Source: an uncultured Chloroflexia bacterium | Lineage (GTDB): Bacteria; Chloroflexota; Limnocylindria; Limnocylindrales; CSP1-4 | DNA length: 64,000 nucleotides | Direction of reading: 5' to 3' | NCBI GenBank assembly: GCA_963778815.1 | Contig: CAVZVS010000004.1 | Span: 771,987 to 835,986, forward strand | In this document: piece after piece, positions 54,614-63,662 of the stretch | Layout of the letters: each line of letters opens with the position of its first letter | Numbering within the stretch: position 1 is the first letter of the stretch | The notes under the pieces: model-generated | Told to the model about the DNA's origin: nothing | The model's database searches: none | What the model saw: the letters and a program-made list of their open reading frames with translations, nothing else | Made by a program: the position numbers and the translations under genes

Positions 54614-55300
54614 ATGAGCACCACCCGGCCGACCCTGGCCGCCACCACGCGCGAGCTGACCGGCAAGAAGGTCGCCCGTCTGCGCCGCGCCGGCCAGCTA
54701 CCCGCGGTCGTCTTCGGGCACGGCGTCCCGTCCCAGTCGCTGACCATCGATACCCACGAGTTCGAGCTGCTCCAGCGTCGGATCGGGCAGAACGCCCTGG
54801 TCGACCTGTCGGTCGAAGGCAAGAAGGCGACCCCGGTCCTGGTCCAGAGCGTCCAGCGCGACCCGGTCTACCAGCGGACCCTCCACGTCGACCTGTTCGC
54901 CGTCCGGATGACCGAAGAGCTGACCGTCGACGTCCCGTTGGTGACCGTCGGTGAGTCGGCCGCGGTCGACAAGCTCGGCGGGACGCTCCTGCACATGCTC
55001 GAGAGCGTCAGGATCCGGGCACTGCCCGATCACCTGCCCCAGTCGATCGACCTGCCCATCGATGCCCTGGTCGACTTCGAGGCCACGGTCCACGTCCGCG
55101 ACCTGACCATCCCCGCCGACGTGACCCTGCTGACCGACCCGGACGAGATCGTCGCCCGAGTCCAGCAGCCGCGCGTCGAGGAGGAAGAGGTCGTCGCGGT
55201 CGCAGCCGAGGGCGAAGCCGCCACCGAGGAGGGTGCCGAGGCCGGCGACTCCGAGGCGAGCTCGGGTTCGTCCTCCGGCGAGGACTCGACCGACAGCTAA
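54614..55300 (+). CDS. rplY: 50S ribosomal protein L25 / general stress protein Ctc
   Basis: RELTGKKVARLRRAGQLPAVVFGHG..., two-domain Ctc form with an acidic tail. SD GAGGAG. Confidence 0.9.
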   Translation: MSTTRPTLAATTRELTGKKVARLRRAGQLPAVVFGHGVPSQSLTIDTHEFELLQRRIGQNALVDLSVEGKKATPVLVQSVQRDPVYQRTLHVDLFAVRMTEELTVDVPLVTVGESAAVDKLGGTLLHMLESVRIRALPDHLPQSIDLPIDALVDFEATVHVRDLTIPADVTLLTDPDEIVARVQQPRVEEEEVVAVAAEGEAATEEGAEAGDSEASSGSSSGEDSTDS

Positions 55301-55318
55301 ACCCGCGGGTCGGCGACG

Positions 55319-56158
55319 ATGGGCACGATCCAGGACCGCTACGACGCTTCGGCCGCGCGCTACCGCCAGTGGTGGGAGCCGGTCCTGGCGCCGACCGCGC
55401 TCCGGCTGCTCGACTCCGAGCCGGCGCGGGTCGAGCCGGCCAGCTCGCCCAGGGTCCTCGACCTGGGGACGGGTGCCGGGCTGCTGGCGATCGAGGCGGT
55501 CCGGCGCTGGCCCCACGCGGCGGTGACCGGGCTCGACGCGTCGACCGGGATGCTGGGCATCGCCGAGCACACCGCAGCCGACCGACTCACAGCCGAGGAG
55601 CGCGAACGCCTGGCGTTCGTCGCCGGTGACGCCGCCCGCCTGCCGTTCCCGGATGCCTCGTTCGATCTGGTCGTCTCGTCGTTCGTACTCCAGTTGGTGG
55701 CCGACCGAGCGACGATCCTGGCCGAGGTCCTTCGCGTCCTGTGGCCGGGTGGTCGGTTCGCCTCGGTGACCTGGCTTGCGGCCGACGAGGAGGAACGATT
55801 CGCCCCGGACGAGGCATTCGAGGACGCCCTGGACGACATCGACTACGACGACGGCGGAGCGGAGGCCGAGGAGGACCGCAGCGGTGACTTCCTGTCGGCC
55901 GAGGAAGCCGCCGTCGAACTAAGCGCCGCGGGGTTCGTCGATGTCCAGGCGACCGCCGGCCAGCTCGTCCACCCGTACGACCCGGCAACCTACCTCGACT
56001 TCCTAGCCGAGTACGCCGAGTTGGAGGTCTTCGAGGACCTGGACGCGGCGGGTCGACGGCGGCTGCGCGAGGCGACCGCGGACCGCCTCGGCCGACTGCC
56101 CGAGAGCGCCTTCACCTGGCGCGTACCCATCGTGGAAGCACACGCCCGCCGGGGCTGA
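55319..56158 (+). CDS. class I SAM-dependent methyltransferase
   Basis: Motif I VLDLGTGAGLLA, and ...FDLVVSSFVLQLV... Confidence 0.8.
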   Translation: MGTIQDRYDASAARYRQWWEPVLAPTALRLLDSEPARVEPASSPRVLDLGTGAGLLAIEAVRRWPHAAVTGLDASTGMLGIAEHTAADRLTAEERERLAFVAGDAARLPFPDASFDLVVSSFVLQLVADRATILAEVLRVLWPGGRFASVTWLAADEEERFAPDEAFEDALDDIDYDDGGAEAEEDRSGDFLSAEEAAVELSAAGFVDVQATAGQLVHPYDPATYLDFLAEYAELEVFEDLDAAGRRRLREATADRLGRLPESAFTWRVPIVEAHARRG

Positions 56159-56181
56159 CCGGGGCTGCTATCGTCGGCGCG

Positions 56182-57291
56182 ATGCACCTGCCCATCGACC
56201 CGCCCCTCCCGCCGATGCTGGCCAAGCCGTCGAACGGGCTGCCGACCGACGACGGCTGGCTGTTCGAGCCGAAGTGGGACGGCTTTCGGGCGATCGTCTT
56301 CCGTGACGGTGACGAGGTCCTGATCCAGTCGCGCGACCTCAAGCCGCTCGACCGTTACTTCCCCGAGTTGGCGGCTCCGCTGCGAGCCTCGCTCCCGGAG
56401 CGCTGCGTGCTCGACGGCGAGGTGGTCATCGCCGGGGCCGACGGGCACCTGGACTTCGACGCGCTGCTCCTGCGCATCCACCCGGCCGAGTCGCGGGTCC
56501 GGATGCTGGCCGAGGCGGCGCCGGCCTCGTTCGTGGCGTGGGACCTGCTGGCGCTTGGCGACGAGGACCTCCGATCGGTCCCACAGGCCGAGCGTCGTGA
56601 GCGCCTCGAGACGGTCCTGGGTGAGGCGCAGCCGCCGATCCATCTGACCCCGGCGACCCGGGACCGGGCGCTGGCAGCGGACTGGTTCGACCGCTTCGAG
56701 GGTGCCGGGCTGGACGGGGTCATCGCCAAGCGCCTCGACGCTGCGTATCAGCCGGGCAAGCGGGCGATGCTCAAGATCAAGCACCAGCGCACGGCCGACT
56801 GCGTGGTGGCCGGCTTCCGCTGGCACAAGGAGGGACCCGGCACCCTCATCGGTTCGCTCCTGCTCGGGTTGTTCGACGCGGACGGCAAGCTCAATCACGT
56901 CGGCATCACCGCGTCCTTCACGATGGCCCGTCGGGCCGAACTGGTCGCGGAGCTGGCACCCCTCCGCGAGGGCGCCGCCGACGGCCACCCCTGGTCGCAA
57001 TGGTCCGAATGGGCGGAGGCGGCCGCAGCGTCGGGCCAGCGCGTCCCAGGTGGGACCAGCCGCTGGAATCGAGGTCGCGACCTGACCTGGGAGTTGCTCC
57101 GTCCGGAACGGGTCGTCGAAGTCGCCTACGACCACCTTCAGGGGACGCGCTTCCGGCACGGGACGACGTTCGTCCGCTGGCGTCCCGACCGGCGTCCGGA
57201 GGATTGCCGCTACGACCAGTTGGAGGAGACGGCCGCCTACGAGCTGTCCGAGATCTTCCGCGGCGGGTCCGCTGGCGGCACCGCGCAGTGA
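56182..57291 (+). CDS. ATP-dependent DNA ligase (stand-alone, LigC-like)
   Basis: KxDG adenylation motif in LFEPKWDGFR, later ligase motifs (DGEVV, FVAWDLL, DGVIAK, MLKIK), and an OB domain. Leaderless-type start: TATCGT-N7-ATG. Confidence 0.88.
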   Translation: MHLPIDPPLPPMLAKPSNGLPTDDGWLFEPKWDGFRAIVFRDGDEVLIQSRDLKPLDRYFPELAAPLRASLPERCVLDGEVVIAGADGHLDFDALLLRIHPAESRVRMLAEAAPASFVAWDLLALGDEDLRSVPQAERRERLETVLGEAQPPIHLTPATRDRALAADWFDRFEGAGLDGVIAKRLDAAYQPGKRAMLKIKHQRTADCVVAGFRWHKEGPGTLIGSLLLGLFDADGKLNHVGITASFTMARRAELVAELAPLREGAADGHPWSQWSEWAEAAAASGQRVPGGTSRWNRGRDLTWELLRPERVVEVAYDHLQGTRFRHGTTFVRWRPDRRPEDCRYDQLEETAAYELSEIFRGGSAGGTAQ

Positions 57292-57304
57292 GCCGCCACC
57301 TGGC

Positions 57305-58288
57305 ATGAGCGGTCGCCCGAGGGTCGCCGTCATCGGGGCCGGCTGGATCGTCCCGAAGCATCTCGAGGCGCTCGATCGGCTCGGCCGGACCGAGCTCGTC
57401 GGGATCATGTCGCGGACGACCGAGCGAGCCCGGGCGACGCTGGCCGGTCGGAGCGCGGCAGCCTACACGGACTACGTCCGGATGCTCGACGAGCAACGTC
57501 CCGATGTCGTCTACCTGTGCACGCCGCCCTACCGGACCCCGGAAGTGTGCGCTGCGCTCATCGAGCGGGGACTCCCGTTCCTGGTCGAGAAGCCGCTGGC
57601 CGCTCGGGACGGTGACGCGCCGGTCGCCATCGCCGACGCGATCGATGGCGGTGGGCTGGTGGTCGCCGTGGGCTATCACTGGCGCGGGCTCGACTTCCTG
57701 CCGGAGGTCCGCCGTCGTCTTGCGGTCCGACCTGTGGAGATGGTCCTGGCTCGCTGGCTGGACGACACGCCCGGCCCGGACTGGTGGGGTCGGGTCGATC
57801 AGGGCGGCGGCCAGGTCGTCGAACAGGCCACCCACCTCTACGACCTTGCCCGGCACCTGGTCGGCGAGGCGACGGTCGTCGGCGCCGCCAGCACCGCGGT
57901 CCCGGCAGCGGCACCCGGTCGAGTGGTCGACGTCGTGGGGTCGACGTCAGCTGCGCTCGCCTTCGCCTCCGGGGCCGTCGGGTCGTTCGTTAATACCCGG
58001 CGCCTCACGCCAGCCGTGATCGAGCTCGAGCTGGTCTCGGCCGACCTGCGAACGACGATCCGGCTGGCCACCGAACGCGAGACCCTGAGCTGGGAGGTCA
58101 TCTTCACCGAGCCGGGCGGCGTCTCCGTCTCGGCCAATCGGCGCGATCCATACGAGGTCCAATCGGAGGCATTCCTCGACGCCGTCGAAGCGGGCGATCC
58201 TGGGCGGGTGCTCTCGACCTACCGGGACGCCCTTGCTACCGACCGCCTCACCCGCAGCGTCGTCGTCGCGACGGGCGTCTCCGGCTGA
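57305..58288 (+). CDS. Gfo/Idh/MocA family oxidoreductase
   Basis: N-terminal Rossmann motif VAVIGAGWIVPKH, and ...FLVEKPLA. Confidence 0.8.
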   Translation: MSGRPRVAVIGAGWIVPKHLEALDRLGRTELVGIMSRTTERARATLAGRSAAAYTDYVRMLDEQRPDVVYLCTPPYRTPEVCAALIERGLPFLVEKPLAARDGDAPVAIADAIDGGGLVVAVGYHWRGLDFLPEVRRRLAVRPVEMVLARWLDDTPGPDWWGRVDQGGGQVVEQATHLYDLARHLVGEATVVGAASTAVPAAAPGRVVDVVGSTSAALAFASGAVGSFVNTRRLTPAVIELELVSADLRTTIRLATERETLSWEVIFTEPGGVSVSANRRDPYEVQSEAFLDAVEAGDPGRVLSTYRDALATDRLTRSVVVATGVSG

Positions 58289-58300
58289 TCGGCGTATGGC

Positions 58301-59728
58301 TCAGCTGGCCGGCGGCGGATCCTCGGCCGGCGGCCGATCCTTGACCCACTCGGCGCGCTCCGCATCGCTGTACTCGGTCAGCGGGTCGTAGTCGGGGTCG
58401 AGCTGCTCCTGGGGCGGCCGGTCCGTCTCGGGCACGTGGATCAGGTTGACCCGGATGCGGGTCCAGGTCGTCGAGCGGCCGCGCATCGAGTCGACCAGGA
58501 CGTCGGCCGGCTCGAGGGCCGCGGCGACGGCTGGCCAGCGGGCCTTCCAGCGCTCGAGGCCAGCCAGCGCATCGGGCTTCTTGGCCGCTCGGGCGATCTC
58601 GATGACCGGGATGGTGCTGGTCCGTCGACCGGTCGGGGTCGGTCGGGTCCCGGACCAGCGCCGCTCCAGGGCGGCCCGCGACTTCTCGCGTTCGGCCTCG
58701 GCTTCTGGTGTGTCGTAATCGGCGCTGGCCCGGCGTTGTTTCGAGGGTTGGACCCGGGGCGGCTCGCCGGGTTGCTTGCGGTACGTCGGCGGCCAGGGAG
58801 CGTCGCCCAGGCCGCCCGCCTCGTCGCGCGCGGACAGCTCGAGCAGTGCCTCGAGCGATCCGACCGCCTCGTCGATGCCGGCGCCGGCGTCGCCCCGCTC
58901 GGCATAGATCGCCGGCACGGTGGCCAGGGTGAACGCCTCCGCGTCGACCGTCGGGACCTCTTCCCAGCGGAGCGGCATCGAGACCCGGGCATCGGGCAAG
59001 GGACGAACGGAGTAGGCGGAAGCCACCGTCCGGTCCTTGGCGTTCTGGTTGTAGTCGAGGAAGACGCCGTGGCGTTCCTCCTTCCACCACTTCGAGGTCG
59101 CCAGCGACGGTGCCCGGCGTTCGACGTCACGAGCCAGGGCCAACGCCGCCCGGCGCACCTGCGGGTACGTCCAGCGGGGCTCGATCCGGACATTGATATG
59201 GATCCCTCGTGACCCCGACGTCTTGGGCCAGCCGACCAGGCCGACCGCCTCGAGCGCCTCGCGGACCACCATCGCCACGTCACGGATGTCGGACCAGGGC
59301 ACGCCCGGGACCGGATCAAGGTCGACACGCAGCTCGTCGGGGTGGTCCAGGTCGCCGGACCGGACGGGATGCGGGTTGAGGTCGATGCAACCGAGGTTGG
59401 CCACCCAGGCCAGCCCGGCTGGCTCGTCGAAGACCACCTCGTCGGCCGTCCGTCCGGACGGGAACGACAGGGTCGCGACCCGGATGAACTCGGGTCGCTT
59501 GTCCGGCGCCCGCTTCTGGAAGAACGGTTCGCCGGCGGCGCCGTCGACGAAGCGTTTGAGCGCCATCGGTCGGTCGCGCACCCCACGCAGGGCCCCATCG
59601 GCCACGGCCAGGTAGTAGCGGACCAGGTCGAGCTTGGTGTAGCCGACCTCCGGGAAGTAGATCTTGTCCGGGTTCGTGACGGTCACCTGGCGGCCGCCCA
59701 CCTCGATGACCTCCTCGCGCTTGGCCAT
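58301..59728 (-). CDS. LigD-type primase-polymerase (AEP PolDom, Prim-PolC-like) with long C-terminal extension
   Basis: ORF trimmed to ATG 59728. VTVTNPDKIYFP, RVDLDP, TSGSRGIHI, FLDYNQN. About 170 further residues carry no recognised domain. Confidence 0.85.
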   Translation of the reverse strand: MAKREEVIEVGGRQVTVTNPDKIYFPEVGYTKLDLVRYYLAVADGALRGVRDRPMALKRFVDGAAGEPFFQKRAPDKRPEFIRVATLSFPSGRTADEVVFDEPAGLAWVANLGCIDLNPHPVRSGDLDHPDELRVDLDPVPGVPWSDIRDVAMVVREALEAVGLVGWPKTSGSRGIHINVRIEPRWTYPQVRRAALALARDVERRAPSLATSKWWKEERHGVFLDYNQNAKDRTVASAYSVRPLPDARVSMPLRWEEVPTVDAEAFTLATVPAIYAERGDAGAGIDEAVGSLEALLELSARDEAGGLGDAPWPPTYRKQPGEPPRVQPSKQRRASADYDTPEAEAEREKSRAALERRWSGTRPTPTGRRTSTIPVIEIARAAKKPDALAGLERWKARWPAVAAALEPADVLVDSMRGRSTTWTRIRVNLIHVPETDRPPQEQLDPDYDPLTEYSDAERAEWVKDRPPAEDPPPAS

Positions 59729-59794
59729 GTCCGAACGATACCCCGCCGACGCGGCTTGACCGACGGGCCTATCGTGGCCGGGCACGCGCGGAGG

Positions 59795-59820
59795 TGTCGA
59801 TTCGGCGGTGGCCGTTCGTC
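59795..59820 (+). promoter_or_regulatory. candidate ECF-type promoter TGTCGA-N16-CGTC upstream of the yciI-sigma pair
   Basis: TGTCGA 59795-59800 and CGTC 59817-59820, about 70 nt upstream of the YciI ATG. The match to the ECF42 target motif is from memory only. Confidence 0.25.
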
Positions 59821-59889
59821 GTGCTGATGACCGGTGGCCTCGGGCGACCGACGATCGATGGGCCACGATCGGCTGGCCAGGAGGATCCG

Positions 59890-60240
59890 ATGCGCTACCT
59901 GTTCCTGATCTATGCCGCGGAGCCGACCGAGGCCTCGAGTGCCGACGCGATGAACGATGAGTTCGCGGCCTACGACACGTTCACCGAATGGACCCGCGCG
60001 AACGGCATGCACCTCGGCGGCGAAGCGCTCCAGCCTACGTCCGACGCGACGACCGTTCGGGTCCGCGACGGTCGGACCGTGACCACCGACGGTCCCTTCG
60101 CCGAGACCAAGGAGGCCCTTGGCGGGTTCTATCTCCTCGAGGCCGCGGACCTTGATGCGGCGATCGACGCCGCCGCGCGGATCCCCGGCGCGAAGCACGG
60201 CTCGATCGAGATCCGGCCGATCTTCGAGTACGGGGACTAG
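59890..60240 (+). CDS. YciI-family (DGPF domain) protein
   Basis: SD GGAGGA. MRYLFLIYAAE... and TTDGPFAETKEALGGFYLLEA. Confidence 0.85.
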   Translation: MRYLFLIYAAEPTEASSADAMNDEFAAYDTFTEWTRANGMHLGGEALQPTSDATTVRVRDGRTVTTDGPFAETKEALGGFYLLEAADLDAAIDAAARIPGAKHGSIEIRPIFEYGD

Positions 60241-60262
60241 CCTGACAACGCACCCCTGACCG

Positions 60263-61528
60263 TTGCCGCCGACCGACGCGCGAGCCGCCGTCGACCGCCT
60301 GTTCCGCGAGGAATCGGGTCGGGCCGTGGCGACCCTCATCCGCCTTACCGGCGACTTCGACCTTGCCGAAGAGGCGGTCCAGGATGCCTTCGTCGTCGCG
60401 TTGGAGCGCTGGCCCCGTGATGGACTCCCGAACAATCCTGGCGCCTGGATCACGACCACGGCCCGAAACCGGGCGATCGACCGCCTTCGGCGAGCCCGAC
60501 GGCTGGTCGAGAAGACGCCGACCATCCAACGCCAGGCCGAGATCGACGCCGAGCTGGCCGCCGTCGCGCCGGCCGCCGAGGGCGAGATGAGCCCGATCGC
60601 CGACGATCGCCTGCGCCTGATCTTCACCTGCTGCCACCCGGCCCTGCCGGTCGAAGCCCGGGTGGCGCTTACCCTGCGCACCCTCGGTGGCCTCACGACG
60701 CCCGAGATCGCCCGGGCCTTCCTGGTTCCCGAGCCGACGATGGCCCAGCGGCTGGTCCGGGCCAAGAAGAAGATCCGGGACGCCGGCATCCCCTATCGCG
60801 TGCCACCCGATCACGTCCTGCCCGAGCGGCTGGGCGACGTCCTGCGCGTTCTCTACCTCGTCTTCAACGAGGGTTACTCGGCCACCTCAGGTGATGCCCT
60901 CATCCGGCGCGAACTGTCCGGGGAGGCGATCCGGCTGGGCCGCGTCCTGGCCGAGCAGCTGATGCCCGACGAGCCCGAGGTCCTGGGCCTGCTGGCGCTG
61001 ATGCTGCTCCACGACGCCCGGCGGGAGGCTCGGGTCGGTGCCGACGGCCAGCTCATCCTGCTCGAGGATCAGGACCGCACACGCTGGGACCAAACGCGGA
61101 TCGAGGAGGGCTCCGGCCTGGTCGAGCGGGCGCTCCGGATGCGTCGTCCGGGGCCATACCAGCTCCAGGCCGCGATCGCCGCCGTCCATGACGAGGCTAC
61201 GACTTCAGCCGAGACCGACTGGACCCAGATCACCATGCTCTACGACGCGCTCGGCCGGCTCGATCGATCGCCGGTCGTCGAGCTCAACCGAGCGGTCGCC
61301 GTGGCCATGCGCGACGGTCCGGAGGACGGCCTGGAGCTGATCGATCGGATCGGATCTGGTGGCGAGCTCGACGATTACCACCTGCTGCATGCGGCCCGGG
61401 CGGACCTCCTGCGCCGGCTCGGCCGCCGATCCGAAGCGTCGATCGCCTATCGGCGCGCACTTGAGCTGGTCGGCAACGAGACCGAGCGCGGCTACCTGAC
61501 CCGGCGCCTCGCGGAAGTCCGCGACTAG
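60263..61528 (+). CDS. ECF sigma factor with about 200-aa C-terminal extension (ECF42-like)
   Basis: Sigma region 2 ([19 protein letters not shown]), region 4 ([28 protein letters not shown]) and a long helical C-terminal extension. It is adjacent to a DGPF protein. Confidence 0.85.
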   Translation: MPPTDARAAVDRLFREESGRAVATLIRLTGDFDLAEEAVQDAFVVALERWPRDGLPNNPGAWITTTARNRAIDRLRRARRLVEKTPTIQRQAEIDAELAAVAPAAEGEMSPIADDRLRLIFTCCHPALPVEARVALTLRTLGGLTTPEIARAFLVPEPTMAQRLVRAKKKIRDAGIPYRVPPDHVLPERLGDVLRVLYLVFNEGYSATSGDALIRRELSGEAIRLGRVLAEQLMPDEPEVLGLLALMLLHDARREARVGADGQLILLEDQDRTRWDQTRIEEGSGLVERALRMRRPGPYQLQAAIAAVHDEATTSAETDWTQITMLYDALGRLDRSPVVELNRAVAVAMRDGPEDGLELIDRIGSGGELDDYHLLHAARADLLRRLGRRSEASIAYRRALELVGNETERGYLTRRLAEVRD

Positions 61529-61622
61529 CACCCGTTTGCTATCCTGCGCCCGGCGGCCTGCCGTCCATTCCCGCCTCTCGGCCGCCCCGGTCGAACCCCG
61601 CCCGCCCGAGGGAGCCCTCGAC

Positions 61623-63638
61623 ATGAAACCGCTCCGCCGACTTCTCAGCCGTGGGGCTGCGCTGTCCATCGCCCTGCTTCTGCTGGCGCCCGCGTTGTTC
61701 GTCCAGGCCGCCGGCGGACCCGCTGCAGTCACGGGTCAGCTCACTTCGAAGGCCACGATCGCCCTCAGCTCGAGCGCCGTGGCCGTCGTCGTCCTGGTCG
61801 ATCAGACGGCCTCGGCGGACGGTGGCTCGATCATCGGGCTGCAACGGATCGACAAGCCGGGCACCGTCCCGGTGTCGTTCAGCGTCCCATACGACCCGGC
61901 GACCATCCAGCCGAAGCACGCCTACGCGCTGTTCGCCTCGCTCCAGGACGGCGCCACGGTCTGGCAGAACCTGACCGCCGTGCCGGTCATCACCGGCGGA
62001 CCGACCTCCAACGTATCGATGCCCCTGGTGGCCGTGCCTTCGTCGCCGGCCACCACCGTCAGCGGCTCGATCGTCAAGGGCGACAAGGCCACCCTCAGCG
62101 CGGCCGCGGTCGGCATCGCGGCCTTGATCAAGGTCGATACCGGGACCGTCGTCGCCAGCCAGGTCCTGACGACCCCGGCGACGTCGTTGGCATTCTCGAT
62201 GGGGTATGACGCGGCCACGGTCGATCCGGCCGCGACGTATGTCGTTCGAGCTGCGGTCGTCGACGGACCCGCGGCGTGGTCGGGTGGTGCGGGCACGCCG
62301 GTCATCACCAACGGCGCCCCGACCAGCGGCGTGTCGATCCCGGTGATCCCGTCACCGACGGCCATCCCGACGCCCCAACCCACCGCCACGGCCCAGCCGA
62401 CGGCGACGCCGGTACCGACCGTCAAGCCGACACCGAAGCCCACACCCAAGCCTTCGACCACGCCGAAACCGACGGCCAAGCCGACACCGACCCCGACCGA
62501 GAAGCCGACGCCGACACCGACCGTCGCGCCGACAGCGACTCCCACCGCCGCGCCGACGGCCAGCCCGACCCCGACGGCGACAGCCAGCCCCAGCGCGAGC
62601 CCGTCGCCGAGTCCGACCCCGCCCGCGTCGGCGTCGGCGTCGGCCAAACCATCGGCGACCCCCGCGGCGGGGATCGTGACCGGAACGCTGACCTACGCCG
62701 AACCCGCCCAGCTGTCCTCGTCCGCGGAAGCGGTCGTGCTCCTGGTCGCCGGGACGGCCAGCGCCACCTCGGGGACCATCGTCGGCTCCCAGGTCATCGC
62801 CACGCCCGGTCAGAAGCCCATCGCGTTCAGCGTCCCCTACGCGTCCAAGGACATCGATCCCTCGCTGACCTACACCATCCAGGCCGACATCAGCGACGGC
62901 GACCACCGCTGGGAGACGTCGAGCGGGGTCAAGGTCCTGACCAAGGGCAACCCGAGCACCGATGTCACGGTCAAGCTCGCCCTGCAGTCCGACCTGCTCA
63001 AGGGCGAGGTCACCGGGTCGATCACCGGGGTCGGGATCAAGCTCGCCTCGGGCGCTTACTCGGCGACGGTGCTCTTCCGGGTCGACACCGGCGAGACCAT
63101 CGGGGTCGACGTCAACCCGGCGCCGGGTGCCATCCCGGTCCCGTTCTCGGTGGCCTTCGACCCAGCCACCATCGACCCCAACGCCGACTACGTCGTCCGA
63201 TCCGAGATCGTGTCGGGCGACCAGCGCTGGGCCGACACCAATGGCGTGCCGGTCATCACCAAGGGCAACCAGCTCAGCGGCGTGTCGGTCGTCGTGACCC
63301 CGGTCGCCGCGCCGTCACCCTCCCCGACCGTTGCCCCGAGCCCCGCCGTCCAGCCGCCGGCCGACACCGGCGGTTCGTCGAACTGGCTGTGGATCCTGAT
63401 CATCATCCTCGCGATCGCCCTGGCCGTGGCCCTGTACATGTGGTATCGGAACAAGCAGGACGACGGTCCGCCACCGGCGGGCGCCGATCCGCTGACCAGC
63501 CAGGCCCATCCGGTCGAGGCGCCGTCTGCCGAGGGCACGCCAACCGACGGGACATCGGCGGACGCCCCGCCGGCGGAGGCACCGGCCACCGACCAACCAC
63601 CCATCGACGAGCCGCCCCCGGGAGGGAACCCAGCCTGA
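61623..63638 (+). CDS. secreted, C-terminally anchored protein with four tandem YbaY/YscW-like domains
   Basis: ORF trimmed to ATG 61623. It has a signal peptide (...LFVQA-AG), four repeats of about 105 aa each with (V/I)PxxFSVxYDxxxIxPxxxYxh...DGxxxW...PVITxG, an internal Pro/Thr linker, a TM helix (WLWILIIILAIALAVALYMWY) and a Pro-rich tail. Confidence 0.6.
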   Translation: MKPLRRLLSRGAALSIALLLLAPALFVQAAGGPAAVTGQLTSKATIALSSSAVAVVVLVDQTASADGGSIIGLQRIDKPGTVPVSFSVPYDPATIQPKHAYALFASLQDGATVWQNLTAVPVITGGPTSNVSMPLVAVPSSPATTVSGSIVKGDKATLSAAAVGIAALIKVDTGTVVASQVLTTPATSLAFSMGYDAATVDPAATYVVRAAVVDGPAAWSGGAGTPVITNGAPTSGVSIPVIPSPTAIPTPQPTATAQPTATPVPTVKPTPKPTPKPSTTPKPTAKPTPTPTEKPTPTPTVAPTATPTAAPTASPTPTATASPSASPSPSPTPPASASASAKPSATPAAGIVTGTLTYAEPAQLSSSAEAVVLLVAGTASATSGTIVGSQVIATPGQKPIAFSVPYASKDIDPSLTYTIQADISDGDHRWETSSGVKVLTKGNPSTDVTVKLALQSDLLKGEVTGSITGVGIKLASGAYSATVLFRVDTGETIGVDVNPAPGAIPVPFSVAFDPATIDPNADYVVRSEIVSGDQRWADTNGVPVITKGNQLSGVSVVVTPVAAPSPSPTVAPSPAVQPPADTGGSSNWLWILIIILAIALAVALYMWYRNKQDDGPPPAGADPLTSQAHPVEAPSAEGTPTDGTSADAPPAEAPATDQPPIDEPPPGGNPA

Positions 63639-63662
63639 CAGCGTCGTCGTCGGCGGCTGGAG

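Noticed and set aside
62340-62650. Repetitive CCG/ACC/CCC-rich DNA, also seen at 43870-43990 and 36170-36260.
   Set aside because: These are in-frame Pro/Thr/Ala/Ser low-complexity linkers of the YbaY-repeat protein, the PASTA kinase and the DUF3105 protein, not independent DNA repeats.
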